Assembly: GCA_030141605.1 (NCBI GenBank)
Contig: JAQGDQ010000002.1
Location: 1,054,001 to 1,118,000, forward strand
Source: Tubiluchus corallicola
Taxonomy: Eukaryota > Animalia > Priapulida
DNA: 64,000 bases
Direction: 5' to 3'
The notes under the pieces were generated by a model. The model made no database searches. It was given only the letters and a program-made list of their open reading frames with translations, and was not told the DNA's origin. Numbering within the stretch: the first letter of the stretch is position 1; each line of letters opens with the position of its first letter. Shown here one piece after another: positions 53,400-64,000 of the stretch. Both the position numbers and the translations under genes were made by a program.

Positions 53400-53665
53400 A
53401 ATCACGATCTGGTTGAACAAGCCGGACGTGACTAAAGCATTCAAGATCATAAAAGGCATTGATGTTGTTGATTACCACAACTTCTTTACAGTGAAAAACA
53501 ACATCAGATCTTGAAAAGTGTGGATGACGATGGTTTATCCTTTATCAAGAAGAGGAGCAAGCTAGATATAAGGAAAAATTTCTTCAGCAATAGACTAGTA
53601 GATACATGGAAAATGCTGCCTCAATGAGCTGTTGAAGCATGAACTATAGATGGATTTAAAAGTTC
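53400..53665 (+). mobile_element. CR1-type LINE 3' fragment
   Basis: Translates to AFKIIKGID and RKNFFSNRLVDTWKMLP...FK, the typical end of CR1 ORF2. Confidence 0.7.
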
Positions 53666-54139
53666 CATAGTATCATATACAGACATGTGGAAAAAAGCAA
53701 ATTTGCAACTGTTATGTAGTGACCATTGTACTATACATCACTAGAGGCACAACAAAAGCCCACAATAGATACTGAAAAGCAAAAAATGTGAAAAGGCAAA
53801 TGCATCTAATAACTATATTCTATGCATAATCACAACTACTTACAGCTTACTCCTTCTTTAAGATCTTGCAACATACAAGTAGGCAAGCAAATTTACTATT
53901 AATTCTTATTGTTGACAGACGACAAAAAATAAAATTAGAAACATTATAGCGAATCGCTACAAAATTGAAATGATCATTATCATCATCATACACCTGTTAC
54001 ATTTGTTGAGTATTGTAGACATTGAGCAGGTACAGTACTAAAATAAATCTATCCTAAATACAGGCAAACACAGCAAAAACTAGACACTGCCATGCCAGTG
54101 GCCTGTGCGCACCATTTTTAATCAAAAGTCAAAATTACT

Positions 54140-54365
54140 GAGACCAACCAAAATCTCGTTCATTAGGCATGTGTCACACACATTTTAAGTCATTCACAGC
54201 GCACACACGTCAAATTTCAGTTTTCACTCATTCCATAACTTCACATGCAAGTTTGCAAATCATCCATATTATATTATACTACACCGAAGGATATCACAAT
54301 TATTGAAAATTAAATACTTTTGAGTGCAACTGAGTTTTTCACGTGGAAAAAACTTATTTATATAT
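54140..54365. repeat. Dispersed repeat, copy 2 of 965-1270
   Basis: Direct sequence similarity to 965-1270. Confidence 0.7.
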
Positions 54366-54479
54366 AAAGCATGGTGAACATATTAAAGCTAACTGGTACC
54401 CAAAATTTTTTATAATTTTTATTTTTTGCTTCAATTTTTTGATAATTTGATTTTCAGCAACAATCCATAATTAATTTAT

Positions 54480-55715
54480 AAGGTTGAAACACTCGCACCT
54501 TTAGGAAAGAGTGACCATTGTATGTGATAAACTTTTTTTGCGTGTGCCGAACAGCATGGACTTAAAGCTCAAACAGGCAAACTAAACTATTTTAAAGCAA
54601 ACTATCAACTTATACACCAACACTTGGCTCGCGTCAGCTGGTCCGCTTTACTACAAGATAACTCTGTAGAAAAAGCTTGGAGCGTCTTTGCATCTAAATA
54701 TCATGAGAGTATAAAAACCAACACTCCTATAAACAAGTCAAGTACAACTGGCAAGTTTAAACCTGCTTGGATCACTAAATAGTCATTAGCAACAATCAAA
54801 CTGAAAAAAGATAAGTGGCAAATTTATGAAGCAAGGAAGGATGCTGAAAGTTATCAACTTTAAGTGCAACAGAGAAATCGAACGCCTCAAATTGTGTGCA
54901 ATGCAAAGAAGAATTATGAGAGAACATTGGTTGAATCTGTACAAGAAAAACCAAAGCAATTGTGGGCATATGTAAATCAGAATCTAAATAAACGGGACAA
55001 AGTTCCAACACTGAATAACAATGGTGTAGAAATCAGCAAGGATTTTGATAAGGCAGAACTTTTAAATCAGTATTTTGGAAGTGTGTTTACTGATGAGGAA
55101 GAAGTTACTGTACGATTTGCCGGCCGAACTGACACAGTAATCAGTTCAATAGAAGTCACCGAGAATTTCATTAATGATGCAATTTCTCATCTCAAAGATG
55201 ACTTGGCAATGGGATCCGATCAGTTTCATCCCTTTGCAATAAAGCAGCTTAAGACAATGCTAGCAACTCCGTTTAAGATGATATTTCAAAAATCACTTGA
55301 TGAAATGAAAGTACATGCAAATAGTTTCTCCAGTTTTCAAGGAAAGAGAAAGAAACTTAAAAACAAATTATTGACCAATCAGTTTAACATTAGTGATTTG
55401 CAAACTACTGGAAAGAATCATCAAGGAACATAAATATGATCATTTAGTTTCCCAGAACCTTCTCAGTGATTCACAGTATGGATTCATCAAAGGGAGCTCA
55501 TGTATACTCAACTTGTTGGATGCTTTAACTGACTGGCAGGATTCAATTGAACAAGGTTGGGATGTAGATGTGATATATTATGATTTTCAGAAAGCATTTG
55601 ATAAGGTTCCGCACAAGAAACTTCTTTTGAAACTGCAGGCTTGCGGAATATCTAGTAACATTTTAGCATGGATTCAAGATTTTTTAACAGTGTGTGTAAT
55701 AATCAACTTTCGTGT
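54480..55715 (+). mobile_element. CR1-type LINE ORF2 pseudogene (end of endonuclease to RT domain 3)
   Basis: LGKSDH; KAELLNQYFGSVFTDE; SQYGFIKGSSC; VDVIYYDFQKAFDKVPHKKLL. In-frame stops and frameshifts are present. Confidence 0.9.
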
Positions 55716-55721
55716 GATTAC

Positions 55722-56524
55722 GTTCAGGACTGTCATTAAATACTAAGGTATGGTTTACCACTAATGCTTCACACTTTAAGACACAACTGGATCAGTATTG
55801 GAAAGACAATCCTGAAATGTATCACGACCCATTTCAGCCTGAATGGATCTTATTGGTGGAGAATTAAAGACACCCGCCTGACTATACACCACAATGGCAT
55901 AGTATTAACAGTTAGTGTTTAACCGGATTCACAAAGTTATGTATATAATTAAGTATTGCAACCATGGGCAAAAAGCTATATCATATGAAATGGATCTAGG
56001 CTGAATGCAATAAGAAAAGTGGAATCTGTCCAACGTAGAGCTACAAAATTAGTTCCGGCCATGAATCATCTGACATTTTCAGAACGGATGAGGAATTTGA
56101 AAGTCCCCTCATTGAGATTTCGAAGGAAGAGAGGCGATTTGATCCTGATGTTTCGTATCAAGAACAATCTGACTAAACTACAGCCTGATTGTTATTTTGC
56201 TAATTACGAGGTACTGAATATAAAGTTATTAAGCCCAAATCAGAAACAGGAATAGGTTTATGTTCAGGACTGTCATTAAATACTAAGGTATGGTGTGCCA
56301 CTAATGCTTCACACTTTAAGACACAACTGAATCAGTATTGGAAAGACCATCCTGAAATGTATCACGACCCATTTCAGCCTGAATGGATCTTATTGGTGGA
56401 GAATTAAAGACTCCCACCTGACTATACACCACAATGGCATAGTATTAACAGTTAGTGTTTAACCGGATTCACAAAGTTATGTATATAATTAAGTATTGCA
56501 ATCATGGGCAAAAAGCTATACTAG
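55722..56524 (+). repeat. Two near-identical 259-bp direct repeats (55722-55980, 56262-56520) enclosing a CR1 C-terminal fragment
   Basis: The copies differ at only a few positions. The middle encodes ESVQRRATKLVP...LRFRRKRGDLILMFRI. Copy 2 is followed by CTAG|T. Confidence 0.9.
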
Positions 56525-56689
56525 TTTCGCCCCGATTATCGAAGGTAAAAGTAATCGATACCCAAAAAAGCAAAATTTTCTGGGGCATAATCTGCCCCCC
56601 CCCGCCTGGGATGAGACGAGCCCCCGCATTTCTACGTTTTACGCTCATTTTATTTCAAATGGTTGGCAGCTCTGTAATATTGTACCTAT

Positions 56690-56985
56690 GGTCGAATGTC
56701 ACACTACCTTTTGCTGCCAAGCGTTTCAGTTCTTAGCTACTCTTCAAGGTGAAGTATCTTTCAGAATTGGAGACTCGAGATCTTTTTACGTGTATCCATC
56801 CAAGTAGCCTAATTTGTCGCTCTGATAGTTGAACTGATTCGTGGAAAGCTTTAATAAATTGGTTATCTTCTGGTAATCTCAGAGCTTGACCAACCCAATT
56901 AAGTCTCCTGCACTTAGTCGTCCTGGTGCATTTTTTCCTTGATTTTATCGTACAAATCTTTGCTGCTTATAACTTTTAGCCATTC
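56690..56985 (-). mobile_element. RTE-like LINE 3' fragment
   Basis: Minus strand gives ...RRLNWVGQALRLPEDN..., resembling the W.GH.LR.P motif of RTE-group ORF ends. Confidence 0.5.
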
Positions 56986-57084
56986 CCGCTTTCCCGCCTG
57001 TTTCTCGTTTGCCAATGCGAGAAATCTTTCATTAATTTGTGAAGGCGTTGTAATGTCATTCTTGTTCGTGTTTTTTGCAATATA

Positions 57085-57465
57085 TCTCTATTTTGCAACA
57101 TGGACCAAAGCTGATCGAAGGAGTTCTTTACAGAGCAACTAGGATTGTCCCACAGATCAAGGAACTGCCTTATGAGGAGAGTCTAAAGGCTTTAGAGTTG
57201 CTTGGCATGCGGAACAAACAGGTCCGTGGTGATATGATAGAAGTACACAAGTTTACTCAAGGAATGTACAGTATAGATGCTGAGATCCTTCAAAGAGATT
57301 ATCAGACAAGAACTAGGGGATATTCATACAAGTTAACGAAAGGTATAGTCGTACTGCTACACGACACAACTTCTTCAACTTGAGGGTCGTAGATCGTTGG
57401 AACAACCTCCCCGAGAATCTCTGTGCATCCTCCATAACCTCTTTTAAAAGCAAATTAGACGTTAG
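57085..57465 (+). mobile_element. CR1-type LINE 3' fragment
   Basis: RATRIVPQIKELPYEESLKALEL...RGDMIEVHK...TRGYSYKL, then FFNLRVVDRWNNLP. Confidence 0.85.
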
Positions 57466-57809
57466 ACAACACATAGCTGAACTACCGATACAGCTCCTAG
57501 GCTGTGCCACCTAGAAATTTTTAAAAGTGCTGACAGTTATGAATGGTCAACAGACAGAGATGCCTAACGACTAGGGCCAAATGGATATGATATGAAATGA
57601 TATGTGGAGACCTTGCCCCGTCTGGCCCCTCCTTTTTACTTTTTGTCTTGCTGTATCTATGACAGATGATGACTATAATTATTATAAGTTGTTAAAAAAA
57701 TGAAAGACCATAATCCAAAAAACTTCAGACTGAATACACTAGTTGAACATAACTCTGTTACATTTGGAAAATTTTTATCTTTAATCTCTATCCAATACAT
57801 GGGCAATAT

Positions 57810-58245
57810 ACCCTACAGTACCTTAGCTGAACCTGTATTTTTATACAAAACTGAGATATGGATCATCAAACCTAAACAACAAAAGGAAATTGACGCTTTT
57901 CAAAGACTTCTCTGTAGAAAATTACTGAGAATTATATGGCCTGGCAAAATATTGAATGATGATCAGTATGGTGTGACGAAGAACTCTAGAAGTTAAACAA
58001 ATCCAAATAAAAAAGCTGCATTGGACTGAGCATGAATATGGCTACCTCAGGAATCTGCTTTTCTTATAGTGTTACATAAAGCTCTAGAAACAACAAAGAA
58101 GTAGAGAGGGAGTCGGTTACTACAGTTACTAACGCATATATACTGCAGAAAGTTTAGCAAATTTTACACAATTCAAAATTTCAGGGATGATTCGTGCAAC
58201 CTGCACAGCAGCAGTAGATAGGAGTGCTTGGCATCAATACGTGGA
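57810..58245 (+). mobile_element. RTE-like LINE 3' fragment
   Basis: PVFLYKTEIW...IDAFQRLLCRKLLRIIWP...NDDQY matches the RTE post-RT region. Confidence 0.7.
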
Positions 58246-58307
58246 GCACACCATGTTTTTACTGAACGTATAAGCACGTAAACAAACTAAATTAGGCCAT
58301 TAATGCA

Positions 58308-59374
58308 TCCTATATAAGTATGGGACATAAATAAAATTATACTAAAATTACATACATTGTATTCTAGTATAATTTTGTGTAAATTTATGCACAATGATGC
58401 TCGTTAGATCTTACGTTTCAGACTGACGTCACGTCTCCAAAAAATTAATGCCGTTTTTCGCGAAACTTATATCCAGAGACATGGGAAGATATTTTTCCAC
58501 GTATCTGCTTATGCCTCTTATTTTTAGACAATAGGAGCGAGACTGGGGCAGTGTCAGTAATGGTTGGATAGCCCGTTCAGCAATTGGTTCCTTGCAAAGA
58601 GCGTTTTCTCGAACTAAAATCTCCCAAGTTTTCAAAATTTTGACGGAAGTTACGGAACATCTTGTACTAAAAAGCTCACAGGTAATTAGCTCTTTAGAAA
58701 GAGGACGAACGGGGCTACCCGATGTGAACTTTTTTTCGAGCGCTTCCCCCATAGTCCAAAACAACGGATAGATCTGAGCTCTTTTTCATTTTCTCGTGTT
58801 AGTAACGTAAATATTCTGCCCACACATTTACTTCGTTTAAATTGGGTGCTAAAGCTTATCTGTTAAGAGTAACTGTGACTGTTAGAAGTATTGCACGAGT
58901 ACTGTGTAAACTGTTCGCTCATTATTGATCATTGGCGGATGGGTCTAAGTTTTTTTCTTGCACAAAGCTCCAATAAAATTGCTCAAACTGTTTTTGCGTG
59001 GCTTACAAGGTTGCTGTTTTTGCCACCGTTAGTGTCGTCGTTGTCGTCACCATCGTCATCATTATCGGCAGTGGTTGTGCAATATTTGTGGTCCGATGGA
59101 GCGTGGTGGGGTGTGATGTGACATGGTGCGGGTGGTGTAGTGTGTATTGTTGCGTGTTTATGCGCATTGTCATCATCTGCCATTGCAAAGTACGGCCTAA
59201 TACGGTTTATCATAATACACAGCTTTAGCGTTGTGCAAAATGCTTTGCATGGTTCTGCTATGCTGCTGCGTTGATGTTGGTGTTGCAGGTGTCACGGTCA
59301 TCATCGTTATTGCCGTGTGATGTGGTGGTTTGGTGTGGTGAGTATAGTATGTGTAAGATGCGGGGTTTGGCTAG
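58308..59374 (+). mobile_element. Probable non-autonomous Helitron
   Basis: 5' A|TCCTATATAAG; 3' GCGGGGTTTGG-CTAG|T, similar to the end of 13504-14310. The interior is CpG-rich with GTGG/TCG low-complexity tracts, and the hairpin is degenerate. Confidence 0.55.
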
Positions 59375-61853
59375 TAAATGTAAGTGACTGCGATCTTTGA
59401 AGCAAATGAGACTTGATACAAACTTAAAAAATTACGGCCGGGTGCCATAAAGAGAAATATGTTTACCAAGAAATGAAACCAGGGCAACGATACAATCTGC
59501 AAAAACGGATGCAGATTGGACTGCAGAAAATATTCTTTCACGTAAAGGGTAGCTAAAGAGCGGAATTTACTCCCGCCAGATACTGATTATGGCATGCTTT
59601 TAATATTACAGTGAATAACTTCAAGAGCAAGCTGGGCAGATTTTTTTGTGAAATAAGAGTTAAAATGAGTTTACCCAATTGACAGATACGATATAATCAT
59701 ACTGAAATACAATAATAAGTTGTACTACCTTGCTAAAATCAAGTTAAGCTCATTGAATTAACCAAAGGGCAATTTAATTGTAGATGTAAACGAGTACAGT
59801 ACTGAATTCACGTATTTATGTCGTAATAATCATACACGACCAACCCGTTTTTTGTCATATTTTGTAATATTAAAGAGTATTTCACATTATTCTCCATTCC
59901 ACACTGAGTGAGAAAAGAATTCATAGAAAGCGAAAATATAGTACCATAGCTCTGAAAATGGACTCCGGGTATGCCACAATGGACCTGTTGTGGTTCAAAA
60001 AATTTATATAAACAGTCAATAAGTAACATAATGCAAAATTTCTGAAAATTCACTTAGGAAAGAGAAACTTCTACACTTAAAGTAATCAAAAAACTATTTA
60101 ACACAGAGTCAACAATACTTTAGTTTATTTGATGTAAACAATAACAGTGAGGCAGCGTAATTGAAAGCCGTCTCAAACGAGCAGCATAATAAACGCCACT
60201 CGAATCACAAAAATTTTCAATAATTTTCTACTTTTAACCAATCGCACTTTCAATAAGAAACGCTATTTTCATATCATACTAGCGCGGAAGATACGCATAA
60301 CACATTGTAAGTAGGTTATTCAATAAAACATAAAAGTATAAATTAAGTACATACCAAAGAGAATATATCAATGCAATAAGCCAAAGCCTTCCTAGGAAGA
60401 AAACACGCTGAATAGCACTACAAATTGATGCCACCAACACAACGCTCCAGGACAGTTGTTTATAAAACATAATACATGATATGCTACAAAAATTTATAAA
60501 TTTTTATATGTGCACAATTAACAGAAAACGGCTGAAAACATTGGCAGATTAATTAAACTGGTTAGCTTGCTAATAAGTGTGTTTATTTATACTGTAGAAA
60601 ACCGAATACGTTTTCTATTATGTAAACGGTTTACATATTCGAATCTTTTGATTTATACTTTATTCCACCAAGCGATTAAATTATAACAACAAAACTGACA
60701 CGCAATCAATGCTTCTGCCTTACTAATGCCATTCTTAATCTAGCATTCGTTGCACTACGTATTTGCCAAGTGTCTACTATAATCCCAGATTAACATTCAA
60801 CTATTGTTGCTTGATGGTTAAAGTAACGTTTACAATTAGGATTTCCAAGAGCTTTTGTGTAACCCCTAGAAAAAGCGAGTACAAGCTAAATATAGAACAA
60901 ATTTATAAATTTAGTTATAAACATTAGCAGCCATGTTTATTTTTTTAATTACAGTAACCATCCCACCCTTTTGTAGTTAACTTATATTTTCGTGGTACGT
61001 AGGATTGTGGTATTGTACTTTGTCCTTCCTGTAGTGCAAATTACATGCAAAAGAGAGGGTTACATACACACCGCTAACAAAGGCAGCTAACAAGTTCCCA
61101 TAATGTAGAGAAGTTTCTATCTCAAATAGTGGCTGCGCGACTCCAACTTGGCAGACTTGACTAGCATTTGACAGTAATGCAATTATTCAAGGTCAGGAAT
61201 ACTTCCATAAAACTCATATTAGCTTCTCCAGACAACTTGGGAGAATTTACACTTGTTCACAGTAATAAGCTCGCCTGGTATTGTTTTTGTGCACTTGTGC
61301 CATGCAAAATTTTAACACAAAAATTGAAACTCTAATGTGGAAAAATGGTTTAAACACACTTTACTAAATAAAAAACTAAAATCGCTAAAAAACTGGTAAC
61401 ACATTGATATGATGAATATCACTTTTAACAAGCAGTAGAGCATGACCCGAGAATACTAGCATGCTGCATTTACTATATTTTTCTACTTGTATGGCACTAC
61501 ACATAACAACTTTTCAGGGTAACCACTGCTCAAAACAGCAACTTTGTTAAGGCCTGTACTTCCTGTAAACTTATAGACCAGAGAAGTGGTATATTAAGCT
61601 GTGATATAATGAATGATATAATTCCATCTGTACACAATTTACCATGATTACATATGATACAAGCATTTCAACTGTTCAACCACATTTCTGTAAGCAAAAC
61701 TGTAAGGCAACAACAACACAATATTACAATATACAACATTCTTCATAAATAGGGCAAAGTCATTCGAAATTACTGCCCCTTTGTGCAGGGACATTACTAT
61801 ATGCATAAATACAGTTTTAAATATAGGTAATGTAGACACACAGTCGACAGTGG

Positions 61854-61940
61854 TTATTTGGAAAGCTTGCTGATGACACGTATTAGTGCCGCATTTTCAT
61901 CCTTCAGCCTCTGATTATCTGCCTTCAACGAATCTGTGAG
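61854..61940 (-). CDS. PPP1R12A: Terminal exon (leucine zipper) of a myosin phosphatase targeting subunit, PPP1R12/MYPT family; upstream exons not found in the window
   Basis: Acceptor TTTTCTTTCAG, then [28 protein letters not shown], nearly identical to the recalled MYPT1 C-terminus ([24 protein letters not shown]). Confidence 0.93.
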   Translation of the reverse strand, partial: [28 protein letters not shown]

Positions 61941-64000
61941 CTGAAAGAAAATGAATGTAAATGTAGCATTACATACTAAACAAAAAATATTTATCAGCAA
62001 AAACACTTGCTCGATGGCACTAGAGGGACAGTCAGTCATATCAAATGTGAATAAGTCATCTCTATGGGCAGAAACTATAAAGTCTATGAAATTGAGCTGT
62101 TAACTATAAGCCGCGTTATTTCGTGCACTTACTAACAACGTTTGTAATGTTACAAATTCAATTACCACATTTTCTACATGTTCTAAAGAGCTATATTCAT
62201 TATTAGCGAAGCAAGTACACCTACTATAATTATGTTATCAAATCAGTGTCTCCTAGTAACTAGAAAAATCCATTTGGACTTTTTTCTCATGCCTACAATA
62301 CCTCAATAGTGCAAAAATGAAGCAAAGTTGGAGGCTGTAAATGACACATACCAAAAGAGGAAGAATGCTATACAATGTCTTCTTATACAAATCTGTTTTA
62401 TGCAAGCTGAACATATCCATAATGCGACGACACACTAGTCATACTTAATTTAACCTAATCAACTGTCCTGCCAATAAAATTTTAGATTACGAATCTTAAT
62501 ACACACAAAAATTAATACCATACTAATACCAGATAATCCAGCATCCAGCAGCTATACCAAAAAATCAAACAGCTGGAAAAGGCATTAAGGCTGTAGCTCA
62601 AATTCCAAATTATTGCCCCTCTTAATATTGCAACTATCATTTTTTAATGCATACATCAATTAGATCACACATCCTGTTGTGCATACTCAGAAAAGTACTT
62701 TTGGATGTGCTATTCCCAGCTTTCACAAAGGGCACTTATTGTTAGAGCAACTTGTTTCCCATGGGTTTTTTCAACTCTCTGCTTTAGTACCTTGCCATAA
62801 CCCTGTTTGACAAGGACTACTCTGTGTTTAACCAAACGTATAAATCTTTGTTAGATTCAAATAATTTGAATAATTTCAAGAAATGAAATCATGGACCACC
62901 CGACTAAACAAAAAAAAGCCTACATTCGAGAAACAAACAAATAAGGTTTGACAGTAGAGTAAAGAACACTTCAAAATCTTGTTTGTAGCTCGAAGTTTCT
63001 TCGAATTGCCCAGCAAAAGTACAGAAATATATTCCACAAATAAAAAAAATGAATTTTAATCAAATACAGACAAAAGACAAGAAAAGATACAAAATGTTGG
63101 ATTACACGAGTTTTGCAACAGTAACATTTTGAGCATAAAGAATAATAATAACAAGGTGACAATGCATTTGGCAGATCATAAATTGCAGATTTCGCAAACT
63201 GTTTGTAGGATGTCGCTTTCAGTTGCCATTTTTTTGCAGAGCTGGCACCCCGTCTTAAAGGTACTTAAGCTGTAATACATATGATTTTCAAACTGTGACT
63301 AATTTAGAGATTTCTGAGCAGTTTTTGATTTTGTTTCTCTGAATTTCAGTTGATCTCATAACATCAAAACAAATAAACAGTTTGATCATCTCGTCTCTCC
63401 ATAAGCTTTTATCTAATGCAATTTTTGGGTTTTACAACTTTATACAACAACATTACCATTGGCAATATTTAAGAAAAATTAACTATGAATAACTTTTAAA
63501 TTTCATGATTTTGAAAAACAGTCTAATTAAGGGAATTGTCTGGACATTTTTATGTAACACACTGATATTTCTTCACGAAAAGACAACTCATGTGTATATA
63601 TGTCACGTTCTGAAGAATACAATTTTAATATCCAGTTCTTATTTGAACAGCAATCTAGTAATGATCTAAAATTATCACGAGAAGTCAAACAACGAAAGTT
63701 TGTGATAATACTGCCTGTTAAATCATGTTTTTAAGTTTGTCAAGTCACTGATGAATCCTTATACCGAAATTTTTGGCACAGAACACCTTGGAAAAATCTG
63801 ACTAAGTTTCGTCAATAGGTTATATCAAAATATAAAATGCCATTCTTCTTATGGCTGACTAAAAACTAGAAACAATGTAATCCAAGTCATAGTAATTACT
63901 GTACCATTTGCGGTTATGATGAAATCTAGGCCTCTACACAGTTTCCTTGTTTCACCCACCAATCTTGTATATCATAATAAACTTTCACTGGTTCACTGGG

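Noticed and set aside
58891-59228. Several overlapping short ORFs (His/Thr/Asp- or Val-rich)
   Set aside because: They fall in the low-complexity interior of a probable Helitron and have no splice or homology support.
63745-63780. CTGATGA...GAAA hammerhead-like motif
   Set aside because: No stem II can form between the two core boxes.

Overview
AT-rich, intron-containing animal genomic DNA, apparently from an invertebrate; the taxon cannot be fixed from this window. I assembled the spliced genes by hand from GT-AG sites and phase continuity. Homology calls rest on my recall of the human proteins, not on a search. Genes, left to right: (1) an exon of an unidentified minus-strand gene; (2) a complete 4-exon Churchill gene (+, 2832-8826); (3) a 5-exon ATP synthase subunit s / factor B gene (+, 9016-11582), starting only 189 nt after the Churchill stop with no poly(A) hexamer between them; (4) a ~40.6 kb, 23-exon CatSper-gamma-like gene (-, 52829-12203, ~1397 aa) with a long repeat-containing basic/Ser cytoplasmic tail; (5) a secreted glycine-rich protein gene nested antisense in the largest CatSper-gamma intron; (6) the last exon of a MYPT1/PPP1R12 gene (-). 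Introns and intergenic DNA contain Helitron-type elements, Tigger/pogo and other TIR elements, CR1/L2/RTE LINE fragments, minisatellites, long (GA)n/(CT)n tracts and two degenerate hammerhead-like motifs. Best leads: a possible dicistronic Churchill-ATP5S transcript, the extended CatSper-gamma tail, complementary microsatellites bracketing one CatSper-gamma exon, and the nested glycine-rich gene.
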